Source of the DNA: Mobula hypostoma
Lineage: Eukaryota
Direction of reading: 5' to 3'
Assembly: GCF_963921235.1 (NCBI RefSeq)
Contig: NC_086097.1
Location: 67,830,001-67,894,000, forward strand
DNA: 64,000 nucleotides
In this document: piece by piece, positions 35,241 to 48,245 of the stretch
How positions within the stretch are numbered: the stretch's first letter is position 1
Layout: every line of letters begins with the position of its first letter
Position numbers and translations under genes: made by a program
Notes under the pieces: generated by a model
Told to the model about the DNA's origin: nothing
Databases searched by the model: none
Seen by the model: only the letters and a program-made list of their open reading frames with translations

Positions 35241-37039
35241 TTCCTTTTCCCTCCAACCTTAGTTCATGCCATTCGTATCAAATTCAGGGAAATTCTAAAC
35301 TATGAAACAAGGAGCCAGCTAATTGTTACTTGTCACTCTCTTATGCTCTCTTGACCTTCCACTGGAATACTTCATTCTTTCAGCATCCTGGCTCTTTACC
35401 CAGAATACAACAAAAATCCATTTAACAAATGATCCATTTTCTTCATTTTTCAGGAACAGATTAATGGCCATCTGCAACATTATGTGATGATGGTACTGTT
35501 GGATCCTGATGCTTTTGTGATCCAAAGGTTCTTTGGAAGTCAAGAATGAGGCAAATAAACTCGTTGGTTATGTTCGCTCTATTAAATATTACAAAAGCAA
35601 AGAAGAGGAAGGAAGAAGCAGCATTGAGAGAGACAAAAGAAATGAAAAGGTAGTCATGGCCTTTTCATATGCAACTAAGATATCAGAAATTAACTAATAA
35701 GATAGCCTGATTCAAGTAATATGACACCTGCCAATGAAACCATGATGTTTCCTGAAAAATATAGACAATTATAACCACGAGAAACCACACTGAACAATTA
35801 CATAAGTATATAGAAAAGATGATTTATAAAAATACAAGCAAGCATATGAAAGTTAATCTACAAAAAAAAAAACAATTCTACACCTTAATCCAATAGTGCC
35901 TTTAATTTACTCCAGGCCATTAAATTGAAGTAACTGGATGGCTGAATGTTTGACGATCTGTAACCCGGTATTTACTGGTTTTTTATTGTTTAATATACTG
36001 TACATTCTGAAATTTTTTTTGTTCTCCCTACCAAATACACTACATTCCCAGATTTACCCTATCTGCCACCTTTATTCCACACTCACTTAACTTGCCTGTA
36101 GCCCTTTGCAGAGGTTCAAGAGTAAAATTGATTTCAGAATTTCACGATGGACTTTGCTGCCAGATTAAAAATGTAAACTACATTTCCTTATGTCAAAGGA
36201 TGTCCCAAGTATCAATTAAATCATAAAGATCAACGCAATGTCATTATATTCAATGCATTTTGTATCTACACTGTTATCCAGCCACTCGTAAGTGATCTAG
36301 CTTGTGGGATGTTTTTTTTTGACTGCTCAAGAATTAAATTATTGTCAATGACAAACAGTTGTCAACATTGCAACCATTTTATTTTTGCTGAGCTCCTAGC
36401 AATAGGATTTTTAAATGGCTTGTTTAAGGCAGCCTCCACGATAGTAGGGAAGTAGAATGGTCATGAATTAATTTAATTAATATCATATAATAAAACAAAT
36501 GTTTCTTCCAATTTTGTTCCTCAGCTCTGAAACTTAGATTAATTGGTACCAATCACGGACCAATGTAACCCAATGGTTTTATATTTTATTATATAATATT
36601 AATTATATTAATTCATGGCTGGAATAGGATTTAACTAATAAATAGTAACTGGCATGGTGTTTAGGTTACACAATGAGGAAGGTTTACCTGGATCCATGAT
36701 ACGGTGCACTTACTGCCTGGGTAAAATAAGTAACAATAACTTACATGAGAGTGAATGTAAAGTGAAACCAATTTTCTTTCTATTTACACGCATGAGCTAC
36801 AAAGCACGATATTTATGATGCCTGAGCAACCTTGCACATCTCGGCACAAAACTAAAAAAATTAGCCCTCATGTGTCCATTCCTAATGTTCTTCTTTTATT
36901 TACGACAAAGTTTCATATGAATTATCAGCATGAATTATGTGCTGGATTTCAAACAATTTCAATTTTCTAGTTTATGGGGGATTAAAACCCAGTCAATTAC
37001 TAGCTGCTTCTGGGATTTTCCAAGGATCAAAACTAGAAC

Positions 37040-38335
37040 AGAGAACATAGAACAGTACAGTTCAGGAATAGGCCCTTCAGACCGCAATGTTGTCCTGAAC
37101 CAATTAAATTAGCAATCAAATAGCCAACTAAACTAATCCCTTCTGACTCCACAACATCCATAACCTTCTATTTTCCTTCCATTTATGTCCCTATCGAAGT
37201 GCATCTTGAAAGTCATAGAAACATAGAAAACAGGTGCAGGAGTAGGCCATTCGGCCCTTCGAGCCTGCACCGCCATTTATTATGATCATGGCTGATCATC
37301 CAACTCAGAACCCCGCCCCAGCCTTCCCTCCATACCCCCTGATCCCCGTAGCCACAAGGGCCATATCTAACTCCCTCTTAAATATAGCCAATGAACTGGC
37401 CTCAAATGTTTCCTGTGGCAGAGAATTCCACAGATTCACCACTCTCTGTGTGAAGAAGTGTTTCCTAATCTCGGTCCTAAAAGGCTTCCCCTTTATCCTC
37501 AAACTGTGGCCCCTTGTTCTGGACTTCCCAACATCGGGAACAATCTTCCTGCATCTAGCCTGTCCAATCCCTTTAAGATTTTATACGTTTCAATCAGATC
37601 CCCCCTCAATCTTCTAAATTCCAATGAGTACAAGCCCAGTTCATCCAGTCTTTCATCATATGAAAGTCCTGCCATCCCAGGAATCAATCTGGTGAACCTT
37701 CTTTGTACTCCCTCTATGGCAAGGATGTCTTTCCTCAGATTAGGGGACCAAAACTGCACACAATACTCCAGGTGTGGTCTCACCAAGGCCTTATACAACT
37801 GCAGTAGTACCTCCCTGCTCCTGTACTCGAATCCTCTCGCTATAAATGCCAGCATACCATTCGCCTTTTTCACTGCCTGCTGTACCTGCATGCCCACTTT
37901 CAATGACTGTCCCTAATGTATCTGCCTTTACCACCATCCCAGGCAGTGCAATTCATGCACCCACCAGTCTCTGTAAAATACTTGCCCCTCACATCTTCTT
38001 TGAAATTATCCCCTCTCATCTTAAATGCATAATACCTCTGGTATTAGATATTTCACCCCGGGGAAAAAAAAGATACTATCTGTCTACTCTACCTACGCCT
38101 CTCAAAATCTTATAAACCTTTATCAGTTCTAAAAAAAGGATCTAGCTCTTTTCTGGTGTATATGATGAATAAACTCTTCTTGGGCTTCCAGCAGGGTACA
38201 GATCTCCCCTCAGCCTTCATCACTCCAGAGAAAACAACCCAAGTTTGACCAACCTCATGTTATAGCACGTGCCCTCTAATCCAGGCAACATCATGGCAAG
38301 CCACTTCTGCACCCTCTCCGAAGCCTTGACATCTA
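37040..38335 (-). mobile_element. Older CR1 3' fragment, interrupted by a younger CR1
   Basis: AGAACATAGAACAGTACAG tail; ERVQKWLAMMLPGL..LGLFSLE on the minus strand. Confidence 0.75.
37215..37908 (-). mobile_element. Young 5'-truncated CR1 (copy F), same family as CR1-D
   Basis: Reverse complement nearly identical to 31738-32431 (KVGMQVQQAVKKANG..; same 3' UTR). Confidence 0.95.
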
Positions 38336-40799
38336 AAAAGACTATGGGACAGGAACAGGAATAAATAGCATAAAATCTGCTGTCCAAAGTGATGGTCCAA
38401 TTGAGAAACCCTTTCAATATAGAAGCAGAAAGGGTCTCGAGAAGTTGATTTATTATGGACAGATTACATTGTCAATTGACACATTTAGTTGAACTTTCTA
38501 TGCTCACTAACAGTGATGAGTCTGTTGACAATAATTGTGTCTTTAAAATTGTGTACACCATTTTGTTCCTATTAGTATACCATGGTTCCAATAGTTTAGA
38601 ATGCTGGATAATAAGTAGCAGTTAATTTGTTTTAGTGATATTGGATGAAGAGTAAACATTGGCTGGAACCTCAAGTGTACAGTGTTTTTCTACCTTAAAT
38701 TTTGAAATGTAATTTTTACAAAGTCATAAACAGATTTTCTAGTTCTAAACTCTCATGCAAAAGACTAATAATAATAATAATAATGTATCTTGTTACCACT
38801 CTAGCGATGTGTTAAAACAGAACTGATGCTGATTCAGATGAGTCTGCGAATACTAAAGATGAACAGTTATTGTTTAGTTATGAATGGAGTGGGAAAATCA
38901 GATAGTGAAATGGTGATTAGTAAGTTTCTGAGCACTGCAAGAAGTCTTTGCTATTATCATAGCAAAAGACATTATTGGAACTGCTCTTAAAGTATTGAGT
39001 TTCACTAAACCTCCAAAGAGATATTGATTTACCAGCGAGAAAGCAGAGAGTATGGACAGATAAGATTCCAAGTTAATAGCAATATATTATAAAGACAAAT
39101 GAATGTCTTATTTGTAGAGGCAAATGAAATCCAAATCATCTGGAGAAAAAAAACAGTAAATTGATTTGCATTTCCTTTACAAACACAATGAATTTGGACA
39201 ATTCAAATTAGGGAGTTCACACTGGAAGATTTTATTTATTTGAATCTATTAAATTCAAGTTAGATATCCATAACTGATCTGAGGCAGAGGATACATCCTG
39301 TTTCCAGTAGATACAAAAAGAGACTGAAAATGTTGAGAGATTTTATTTAAAAAATTCTTAGCATCAGCGAATAACTACAATTAATATTATGTAAAGAGTG
39401 TAGGTTACTTTGGTGTTGCTGCAAGGGCCATCATTCTGACAAGGTGATACCATAACAGTACATATTTTATTGAAGTCAGACATTCTTAATTAATTTGCAG
39501 TGGTTGATACAATAACATAACAATAGTCATACCACATGATGTAGTCATTTTTGAAGACACATTTGCATTTACATACACTGCTGTTTCTTGTTTTTAAACT
39601 CAAACTATCATTTTCTGATATAATTTAACTGTTTACAAACATATATATTTGATCAATTCTAAATACACTCACATGAGTTTTCTCATTTATAAAACCGTTT
39701 ACTATAAGTATATGTAGCATCTCTGAAGTGTCTACTTCAGGCATTAATGATGATAGTAAATTATCTCTGAGTGTAGCTTATGTACACTGTTGGTCTGGTG
39801 TGCCACTCTATAATAGTTGTATTATCATAATTATCTCCATAACTTTGTTCAGACTGCATTACTTACTGTAGATCACCTTCTTATTCATATGTTTAAAAAC
39901 ATAGACTACATAAATCTTAACAGATGTCCAATAATGGAATAATAATTTCAAGAAATAACTGTAAGATATATTTTCTGCTGAAACAGCACAAATCCAGTGC
40001 CTTACTATTAGGTCTCTTCGTTGTCTTGCTTTTGCACTCATGGTCTCTTGCACCCAGACTTTCCTTCTCTTCTAAATCTTAAATCTTCTCTTTTTAAGAC
40101 ATTACTGTCTTTGCTTCACCAGAACATTACAGTTGTGATAGACAGAAGTTTAGCATATTGACAGGATACATGACTACCAGGTTACTAAGGCTCTTCAGTT
40201 GCCCAGGTTAGTAATAAAACTGCTTAATTTTGCTTGTTTTTGGACTAATTGTTCTTAGTCTGAAACTAAGGGTTCTTAATCTGAAGCTCTGAGTTATACT
40301 GATGTGTCATGTTGATTTGGATTATTGGAATTACTGTGCATGTTCTGTAAAATTCTCTCAGAGAGCCATAAAGGCACACAGATTGGACATGTCATTCAGC
40401 CCCTCAACCACAATGACAAGGAGGCAGCCATCCGTATTAACCCCTTCTCCTATCACTTGGCACATACCCTTCCATACCTTAGCAAAAAAGTTGAACAATT
40501 CACTTAAACAATCCTTAAATGCTGTCAGCCCCACTTCAGCCACTAAGGCAGCACATTCCAGGTGCTTAGGACTTGCACTGAATGCAGAAAATTGGGACTA
40601 GTTAAGTGAAAATGGCAGTTCTGTTTTGACTTAACTTGATAATTCTCTAAATTTGCTGCATAGTTTCATTTTGCAGATGTTATTTGGCCATTTCCTCAGC
40701 AAAACAAATGGGAATCTTGAGCGATTTAAGAAAGAAAAAGTTCTTGGTACACTTAAACCACTACTGCCTTTTACATCTAAATTAACATACCCAACCCTG

Positions 40800-41105
40800 T
40801 GAGACAGAGAGCCTGCGGTACGTTGAACTGTCGGGTAAACAATCGTTTTTGTTGACTACAGATCATGGTCTCTCTTTAGGTAATTTGCTATTGCTTGGTG
40901 GGTGCTGGGCACTGATGCATTTTGCTGAGATGGGGGAAGGGTGTGGTTGATGCTTTGCTGCTGTTTGTATGGAGAGGGGGCTTTGGGGTTCTAATGTTTT
41001 CTATCATTCATTCTTTGGGGATCTTCTGTTTCTTGTGGATGTCTGTGAAGACCAAGAATTTCAGGTTGTATACTGTATACATTCTTTGATAATAAATGGA
41101 ACCAT
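40800..41105 (+). mobile_element. Non-coding retroposon fragment with Rex-like 3' tail
   Basis: Ends GAATTTCAGGTTGTATA..CTTTGATAATAAA, like the tails at 47648-47710 and 60398-60470. Confidence 0.5.
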
Positions 41106-41620
41106 TTGTATATCAAAACATACAGAGAAATGCATCATTTGTGTCAAGGGTATCTTGTACACAGCCCGCAGGTGTTACTACACATTTCCGAGCCAAAGTA
41201 GCATGCCCAAACTGTTCCACAGAACAACAAAACAAAACAAGTCACACCAGCAAATTAAGCCCCTTTCCCATTCCAGCCCCTCCCCACACTCACCCATACA
41301 CCCATCCGACCCAGGACAGGCCACCGCTGGGTCTCCAGTCCCTGTCTCTGAATTCTCAGACTTGCAGACATCGGGCCTCCAAATTCGGACTTCACCCCAG
41401 AATGCCAATCACGGGTCTGACCTTTGTGCCTCGACTTATGGATGCACTCAGAACTCTGACCTGGGGGGAGGGGGAGTCACTGGCACTTGTGACTCCTGTC
41501 TGTACCCGTGACTCACCACCCGCATGGAATTCCAGCCCATTGCTCTCCTCAGCACCAGCGACATAACCTCCAGGATTGCTGATGTTCCACCATTTTGACC
41601 TGAAAGCATCTGCTACTCCC
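41106..41620 (-). mobile_element. Probable non-autonomous retroposon fragment, tail-to-tail with the previous element
   Basis: Reverse strand ends ACAAATGATGCATTTCTCTGTATGTTTTGAT, a LINE-like 3' UTR; GC-richer body. Confidence 0.35.
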
Positions 41621-42351
41621 AAGCTTGTTTTTCTTTCTCTAATGATTCCCTGAACCCACTCTGACTTCCAGCCTCACTGTTCACTAATCCTCTTATTTCC
41701 TAATTGCACCCCCAGCTTCCACTTTTCCACCCAAGACATCTATTTCATCTTCTCAGTTTGTGTTTCTTGCAAATCCATTGTGACAGATATCTTCCTGCTG
41801 GCTCTGTTCTCCAATCCTCCCACTCCCAATTGTTAGGCTTAAGCCTTACTTCAGTTTCCTCATTTCTTTTACCTCATCCAATATAAGCCCATATCTAATT
41901 TGATCTTGGTTAAATTTCACCAGTTGACCTTTCAATGCTGACACCACCAAAAAAGTCCTGAGGTTCAATATTAGTAAGGAAATGCGTCTCATCAATAAGC
42001 TGGAGTATTTGCCAATGTGTAGGATTCCATTTTACTAAAGGAAACTCACAGGCTTATCCAATCACCTAGAGGGTTTTCTATTAACTATAGAAAAGTGCTC
42101 TTTATCAGCGAGACAGTGAACTGGAGGCAGCTTTCCTAACTTTTTGGAATTCACATTTGCAAAGGTAACCCTGGAGATAATCTTCCATTTTAACATACTG
42201 GTTATCAAGAAATAGGTTCTCACTGCCATCCAATGATGGAATCTTGTTTCAACAGAATTCACCCAGTATGAACAAATATCAGCAGTAAGTGAGGCATCAT
42301 CAAGTGCATAATGACTAAAAGGACATTCAACAGGACAGCAACAGAACATAG

Positions 42352-42881
42352 AACAGACACTAGAGATTTTGCAGATGCTGGAAAATCTTGAGCAACACAC
42401 ACAAAATGCTGGAGGAATTCAACAGGTAAGGCAGCATCAACGTAAGGAAATAAACAGTCGACGTTTCAAGCAGAGACCCTTCATCAGGACTGGAAAGAAA
42501 GGAGGCAGAAGCCAGAATAAGGTGGAGGGAGGGGGAGGAGTACGAGCTGGCAGGTGACAGGTGAGACCAGGTGAGGGGCAAAGTGGGTGCGAGAGGGGAG
42601 ATAATGTGAGAAGCAGGGAGGTGAAAGGTGGAAGAGGGAGGAATCTAATAGGATATGACAGTGAACAATGGAATAATGGAAAGGAGGTTGAGAACCAGAG
42701 GGAGGTGATGGTAAGGTCATGAGGGTGGGGATTAAGAGGGAAACTAAAATGGGGAATGGAAATGAGGAAGGTGGGAGAGGGGAACAGAGGCCAGTGATTA
42801 TTGTAAGTTAGAGAAAATGATGTTCAGATTGGGGGCTACCTAGATGAATACGAGGTGTTGCTTCTCCAATCCGAGTTTGAC
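42352..42881 (-). mobile_element. PLE 3' fragment with GIY-YIG C-terminal remnant and pLTR
   Basis: Minus-strand LEKQHLVF..NIIFSN resembles the PLE ORF end (LEEQHLIF..NIEFSN type); pLTR and tail as in the other copies. Confidence 0.8.
42456..42491 (-). ncRNA. Minimal type I hammerhead ribozyme (intact core)
   Basis: Reverse strand AGTC-CTGATGA-AGG-GTCTCTG-CTT-GAAA-CG-TC-GACT. Confidence 0.78.
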
Positions 42882-42884
42882 ATT

Positions 42885-43417
42885 ATGTAGATATAGGAAC
42901 AGACCCTTCACCCGTGATGATCTAACTAAACCCAGGTGCCTGCACGAGATGAGAATCACTTTATTCCCTGCCTGGTCAAATGTCTGTCTACATGCCTCAG
43001 CCTGCTTCCACTAACTCCTCCGGCAGCACAGTTTCAGGCCTGTAACACACTTAAAAAAAACTTGCCTCATAATCTCCTTGAAATGTTCCCCCTTTCACCT
43101 TGAAGTTATGTCCTCTGGTATTTGACATTTCCACCCTGGGAAAAAGACTTTGACTATCCACCCTATCTAAGCCTCTCATAATTTATATACTTCTATCTGG
43201 TCAGCCACTCCATATCCAAATGTGTCCAACCTCTCTTTATTGCTCACACTCTATGATTCAAGTAACGCTGGTGAACCCCTTACGTACCCTCTCAAAACCA
43301 CAACATTCTTCCAATAATGCAGCAACCACAACAGCATGCAATACTCCAAGTGTGGCCTAAACTAACACTAGTTCCCTGCTTTTATGCTGAACACTCCAAA
43401 CAATGAAGGCAAGTATC
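42885..43417 (-). mobile_element. Old CR1 3' fragment (tail start at 42343, split by the PLE)
   Basis: CCCTATCTAAGCCTCTCATAATTTATATACTTCTAT and ATACTCCAAGTGTGGCCT are reverse CR1 ORF2 C-terminal motifs. Confidence 0.7.
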
Positions 43418-44459
43418 TTGGAAACTTCTCGGAGAAAAGCACTCACTGTTAGGGTGCATTCAAATACTGAGTCTCATGAATCTGACAATATGCAGATACC
43501 TGGACATGCACAGCCTCCACATACTCCATCAGTACAAGTATACCACAGGTCTGTGTGCTTAGCCCCCTGCTCTACTTGCTTTATACCTATGGCTAAGCAC
43601 AGCTGCGATGCCATATTCAAGTTTGCTGATGACAACGCCGCCGCTGGTCAATTTCAAGGATGGTGATACATCGTCATATAGGAGAGAAGTGGAAAATCTG
43701 GTTGCATGGTGCCATAACAACAACCTCTCACTCAACATCAGCAAAACTAAAGAGCGAACTTTTGACTACAGAAGGAAGAAACCAGAGATCCATGAGCCAG
43801 TCCTCATTAGGGGACTGAAGGTGGAGAATTTAAATTCCTTGACGTTATCATATCAGGGAACTGTATTGGGACCGGCATACAAGTGCCATTATAAAGAAGG
43901 CATGGGCAGTGACTCTACTTTCTTAGAAGTCTGCACAGATATTGCATGTCATCTAAAACTTTGACAAAGTTCAACAGATGTACAGGGAAAAATATCTTGA
44001 CAGGTTGCATAATGGCCTGGTACGGAAACACCTATACCCAAGAATGGAAAAGCCTGCAAAAATGGTGAGTACAGCCAGTCTATCATAGACAAAGTCCTCC
44101 CTGCCGCTGTGCACATCTAAAGGGAGTGCTGCCACAAGAAAGCACTATCCATCATCAAGGACTTCCACCATCCAGATGATGCTCTGTTCTCACTGATTTT
44201 GGTAAAGAGGTACAATAGCAGTTGTTACGCTACAACAATTTGTATTCTGAACCAGCGTTAATAACCTCAACCCAGAACTGATTCCACCACCGAGGGACTC
44301 ACTTCCACACACTCTACAGTTAATGTTCTCCGTATTATTTACTTATTTTGCACAGTTTGTCTTCTTTTGCATATTGGTTGTTTGTAGTTCTTTGTGTGCA
44401 GTTTTCATTAATTATATTGTATTTCTTTCTTCCACTGTGAATGCCTGAAGAAAATGAAT

Positions 44460-47400
44460 AGATCAGGCCACAATGAAGTGCTTGGAGCAGGAGAGAGCAT
44501 CGCTGTACACAGGATTTACTCCTGATGAGATGCAGGAGGAGACCAACCTGGAGTCACCCCTCAGAACCTCCCATTCCATGCAGAGTAACAGAACACTGGC
44601 AGGTTAACTGGCCTCCAGCAAGCCATTGGAGGGAGTAGCTGCAGTCTGAGGAGGACGTTGTCCATATCATTGAGACAATAGATGTCTCCAGACCATGTCA
44701 ACTATCATTGTCAGCTTTGTTATTGGGAGATTTGGCCTAGTGGAGAAGAAAATCAGCAAAGCCCCCTACAAGATGAACTACAGGGCAGCCAAAATATACC
44801 AGCTGCACCAAGAGCTCCAATCCCTGGCTAAACAGTACAGGTGGGCAGGTGAACAAGAGAAACCACCACTTGCTGAGCTCTGTAACCTCCTCAGAAGTAA
44901 GCTTATGTCACTGCACAAGGCAGAATGGCACAGAAGATGGGGGAGGGGGGAGGAGAGATGGCCAGTAAATGAGCTGCCTTTATTGTGAACCCTTATGGAT
45001 TCAAGCAGCTGCCAGGACTGAAGCATAGTGGACAACTCACATTCTCCAAACAAAGGATGGATCTACACCTTCAGGACTCCCTCAGCAACTCAGCTAGAAA
45101 ACCATAACACCCATGTAAGTCCTCCAGCTCCTGTGGTTGAGTTCAATGGCAAGGAGATCCAGGAAGTAGGCCGAGCAGTCAGAGCTCGTTCTGTCCCTGT
45201 TCCAAGTGAGGACCCTACAAAGTGTACAAACACTGCCCTAAACTCCTCCAGCTGCTTTGGATATTCCTGCGGGTTATCTGGCATAAGCAAAAGGTCGTGG
45301 GCCAGTGGACGTGTGCAGAGGGAGTCTCGATCCCCAAAGAGGAGACAGATCAGCCATGATCTTATTGAATGGCAGGGCAGGCTTGATGGTCCAGATGGCC
45401 TACTCCTGCTCCTATTTCTTATGTTCTTATTAACTCCACGGACACTGAGCAGCTTAGAACCATCTTGCTGCTCAGAGTGGAAGGGAAGATATTTTACATT
45501 ATCACTTCTGGTCGCCTGACTGAGTTTCTTCTCAAAAACAGCTACATTGATACATCAGGGATGGGTTCTCAGAATGCCAGGGTGCCTGGAAAACACCAGT
45601 GTGGTTTCCCAGCTAATCAGGAAAGCGAATGAAGGAAAAGGAGACCTAGTCATACTATGGCCAGACCTTGCCTAAACATTACCACATAAACTGGTGGAGA
45701 TCACACTGAACAGACACTACGTTTCCAGGAAGATAGAAAACCTCATCCTGGAGAACTACAGGAACTTAAGATTGAGAGACTCTTCAGGAATGACCACATT
45801 GGGCTGGCGCTGGTTTAAGAAGAGGATTATAACCAAATGCAGTCCTCTTCTCCCTAACCATGAACATGCTGGTTAAGGCAGCCAAAATGGAGTGTAGAAG
45901 CCCTCTTACAAAGACAAGTATAAGGCAGCCTCCAATCAGTCTTCATGGATGACCTTACGGTGACAACTACATCAGTCCAGGCAGTAGATGGACTCTCCAG
46001 GCGCTAGAGAGGTTCATCACATGGGCAAGGAGGAGCTTTAAGCCAGAAAATTCAAGGTGTCTGGTGTTAAAGAAAGGCAGGCACAAGGTCAAGTTCCATT
46101 TCTGCTTGAATGGTATTGCTACCCTATCCTATCCTACCCATCTCTGAGAAACCAGTCAAGAGACTGTGGCTGGCATCTGGAATACCACCAATGAGTTAGA
46201 AGTCTGACTCATCAGTGTTGACAAGTCAAGCCTATCTGGTAAGTTTCAGGCCTGGATCTACATTTCTTGGCATCCTTCCCTGAATCCTCTGGTTCATGCT
46301 GGTATATGAGGTACCTATCTCAACAGTTGAGGCTCTTAAAAGAAGTTCAATAGCTACCTTTGGAGATGGCTGAGTCTCCAACGTAGCCTGAGCAGCATGG
46401 CTCTGTATGGGAAGAAGAATAAACTGCAGCCTCCCTTCAGCAGCCTGAATGAGGAGTTCATGGTTTCCCATACAAGAGAATTGCTGCTGTCCAGAGACTC
46501 CAAAGCAGTGGAGATGGCTGAATCACGTCTGAGGCACGAGGATCTGGTAAGGACAGTAACAACAGGTCAGGTGGGGCTGGGCACTTCCCTTCCACCCACT
46601 TTGACAGGGTTCCAGGGACAGATGGAAACTGATCCAGGAAGAGGTACAGGCAGCTGTTGAGGAAGTGCATAACACCAGGATAGTAAGAATGGGGCAGCAG
46701 TGATCTTGGACAGGGTGGGAAGGTGAACTGAAGCGAATGATCTCCTGGTCCAACACCTGGCAGGTAGAACCCTAGCGCATCAAGTTCATGATCCAGACTG
46801 TGTACAACTTCCTGCCTAGTCCAGCGAACCTTTTTGCTTGGGCCAAAACTGAGACACCATCATGGCCTCTCTATCCTGGTGAAGAGACTCTGGAAGACAT
46901 CCTCAGCAGCTGCCCAGAAGCCCTGGGAGAAGGTTGCTACTGCTGACAGCATGACCAGGCGCTGAAGGCAGTGGGAGAAAGTACCTCCTCAGCCATTAAC
47001 AGCAGTAAGCACCTCCGCCAACCCAGAAAGCTCATAGTCTTTGTCAAAGCTGGAGACCAACCACAGCCTCAGCCTAGATCACCAGAAGGCTTGCTTGCCA
47101 CAGCGTCTGACTAGCAACTGAAAGTTAATCTTGGCAAGAAATTAAAGTTCCCTGACTTCATCGCATCATCATCACTGAAGCCTGACATGGTCATTCAATC
47201 AGAAACCTCGAAGCAGGTGGTCATAGTTGACCCTGATAGTTCCTTGGAAAGACCAGATTGAGGTGGCACTTGAACACAAGAAAGCCCAGTACCAGGAGCT
47301 AGTAGAGCAGTGCGAGAGACACGAGGTGGAGTGCACGATGTCAGCCTATAGAGGTGGGGTGTAGAGGGTTTGCTGGCTGGTCACTGTGCAGAACTTACTC

Positions 47401-47646
47401 CCTCCCTGGCATTATGGAGGCTGCAAAGAGAACAGCCATCAAGACCATCACAGAGGTTGCTGAGCATTCCTCCAAATGTTTATGGATCAAGAGGGTGATC
47501 CATGGACTAATGCTGCTGGGACACATGCCAGGGCCTAATCAACCCTGGCTGTGTTGCCTTGGCGAGGGTGTCTCTTTGTTGGAAGACCTGAAACACCTAA
47601 TGACCCCAGGTTACATTACTGAAGATGTGTCCCAGTGCTTCTTAGG
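44460..47646 (+). mobile_element. Decayed HERO/R2-group non-LTR retrotransposon (RT plus restriction-like endonuclease)
   Basis: FMDDLTV (45942), ILSSC..HDQAL zinc-knuckle region (46896-46965), KPDMVI (47178), EVGCRGFA (47351); candidate TSD ATGAAT at 44454-44459 and 47647-47652. Confidence 0.8.
45347..45430 (+). mobile_element. Short CR1 3' tail inside HERO
   Basis: GATCAGCCATGATCTTATTGAATGGC..TGGCCTACTCCTGCTCCTATTTCTTATGTTCTTAT. Confidence 0.8.
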
Positions 47647-48039
47647 ATGAATCTCAGCATTATGGTAGTATATGGTGACATTTTGATAATAACTTTAATT
47701 TAAACTTTGTTGATGCACTTCAAGGAAGGAGCAATAATAAAAACATTGAAGTTAAGGAAAGACCGTCTGAACTTTTTGCTCAGCTGGATACAGATGCTGC
47801 ACATTGCTGAACAGAAATTTTTTGGAACAGCAGCATAGAATCTGATCTAAGCAAGACTCTTTTACATTCAATTACATTGCTATGGTCAGGGCTGTCACTA
47901 TTGCCATTGACCAGGTGTTTGACATAAATACCACAAGGTCAGATGGGAGGCTGGGGTGTATGTTATGCAGTACACAACACAACATATTTCAGCATACCTG
48001 GTTCCCCCCCCACAAACAGCTTTCATCTGCTCTTCACCT

Positions 48040-48245
48040 TCTCCTCATCTGATTCCATTTATCACCCAGTCAACGTACAGTCTCCATCAACAGCCCCTTC
48101 CCCTCATACTGCCATATATGTCTTAGCATTTCCCCTTTACCCTCTCAGTCCTGATGCAGGATTTCCTGCACAGATGTTGCTTCACCTGATTCCAGTATTC
48201 TGTTTCTTTGTTCGGCATTCTAGTATCTGCAGTCTCATTTGCTTT
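48040..48245 (+). mobile_element. Decayed PLE 3' relic
   Basis: CAGTCCTGATGCAGG..CAGATGTTGC..TCCAGTATTC..TAGTATCTGCAG. Confidence 0.45.

Larger units (their letters stand above)
43525..47710 (+). mobile_element. Rex1/Babar-type LINE 3' fragment (43525-44459 and 47647-47710), split by HERO
   Basis: PQVCVLSPLLY..IFKFADD, YRREVENLVAWCHNNNLSLNISKTKE; 3' UTR resumes at 47647. Confidence 0.8.

Noticed and set aside
35453..35550. Plus-strand acceptor followed by a short open frame (EQINGHLQHY..)
   Set aside because: No homology recognised and no convincing donor
40969..41566. 180-aa and 156-aa ORFs
   Set aside because: They span two unrelated retroposon fragments; no protein motifs
47560..47635. 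Possible ribozyme at the HERO 3' end (GGGTGTCT..AGACCTGAAACACC)
   Set aside because: Only a stem-loop; no correctly ordered CTGANGA/GAAA core in this copy
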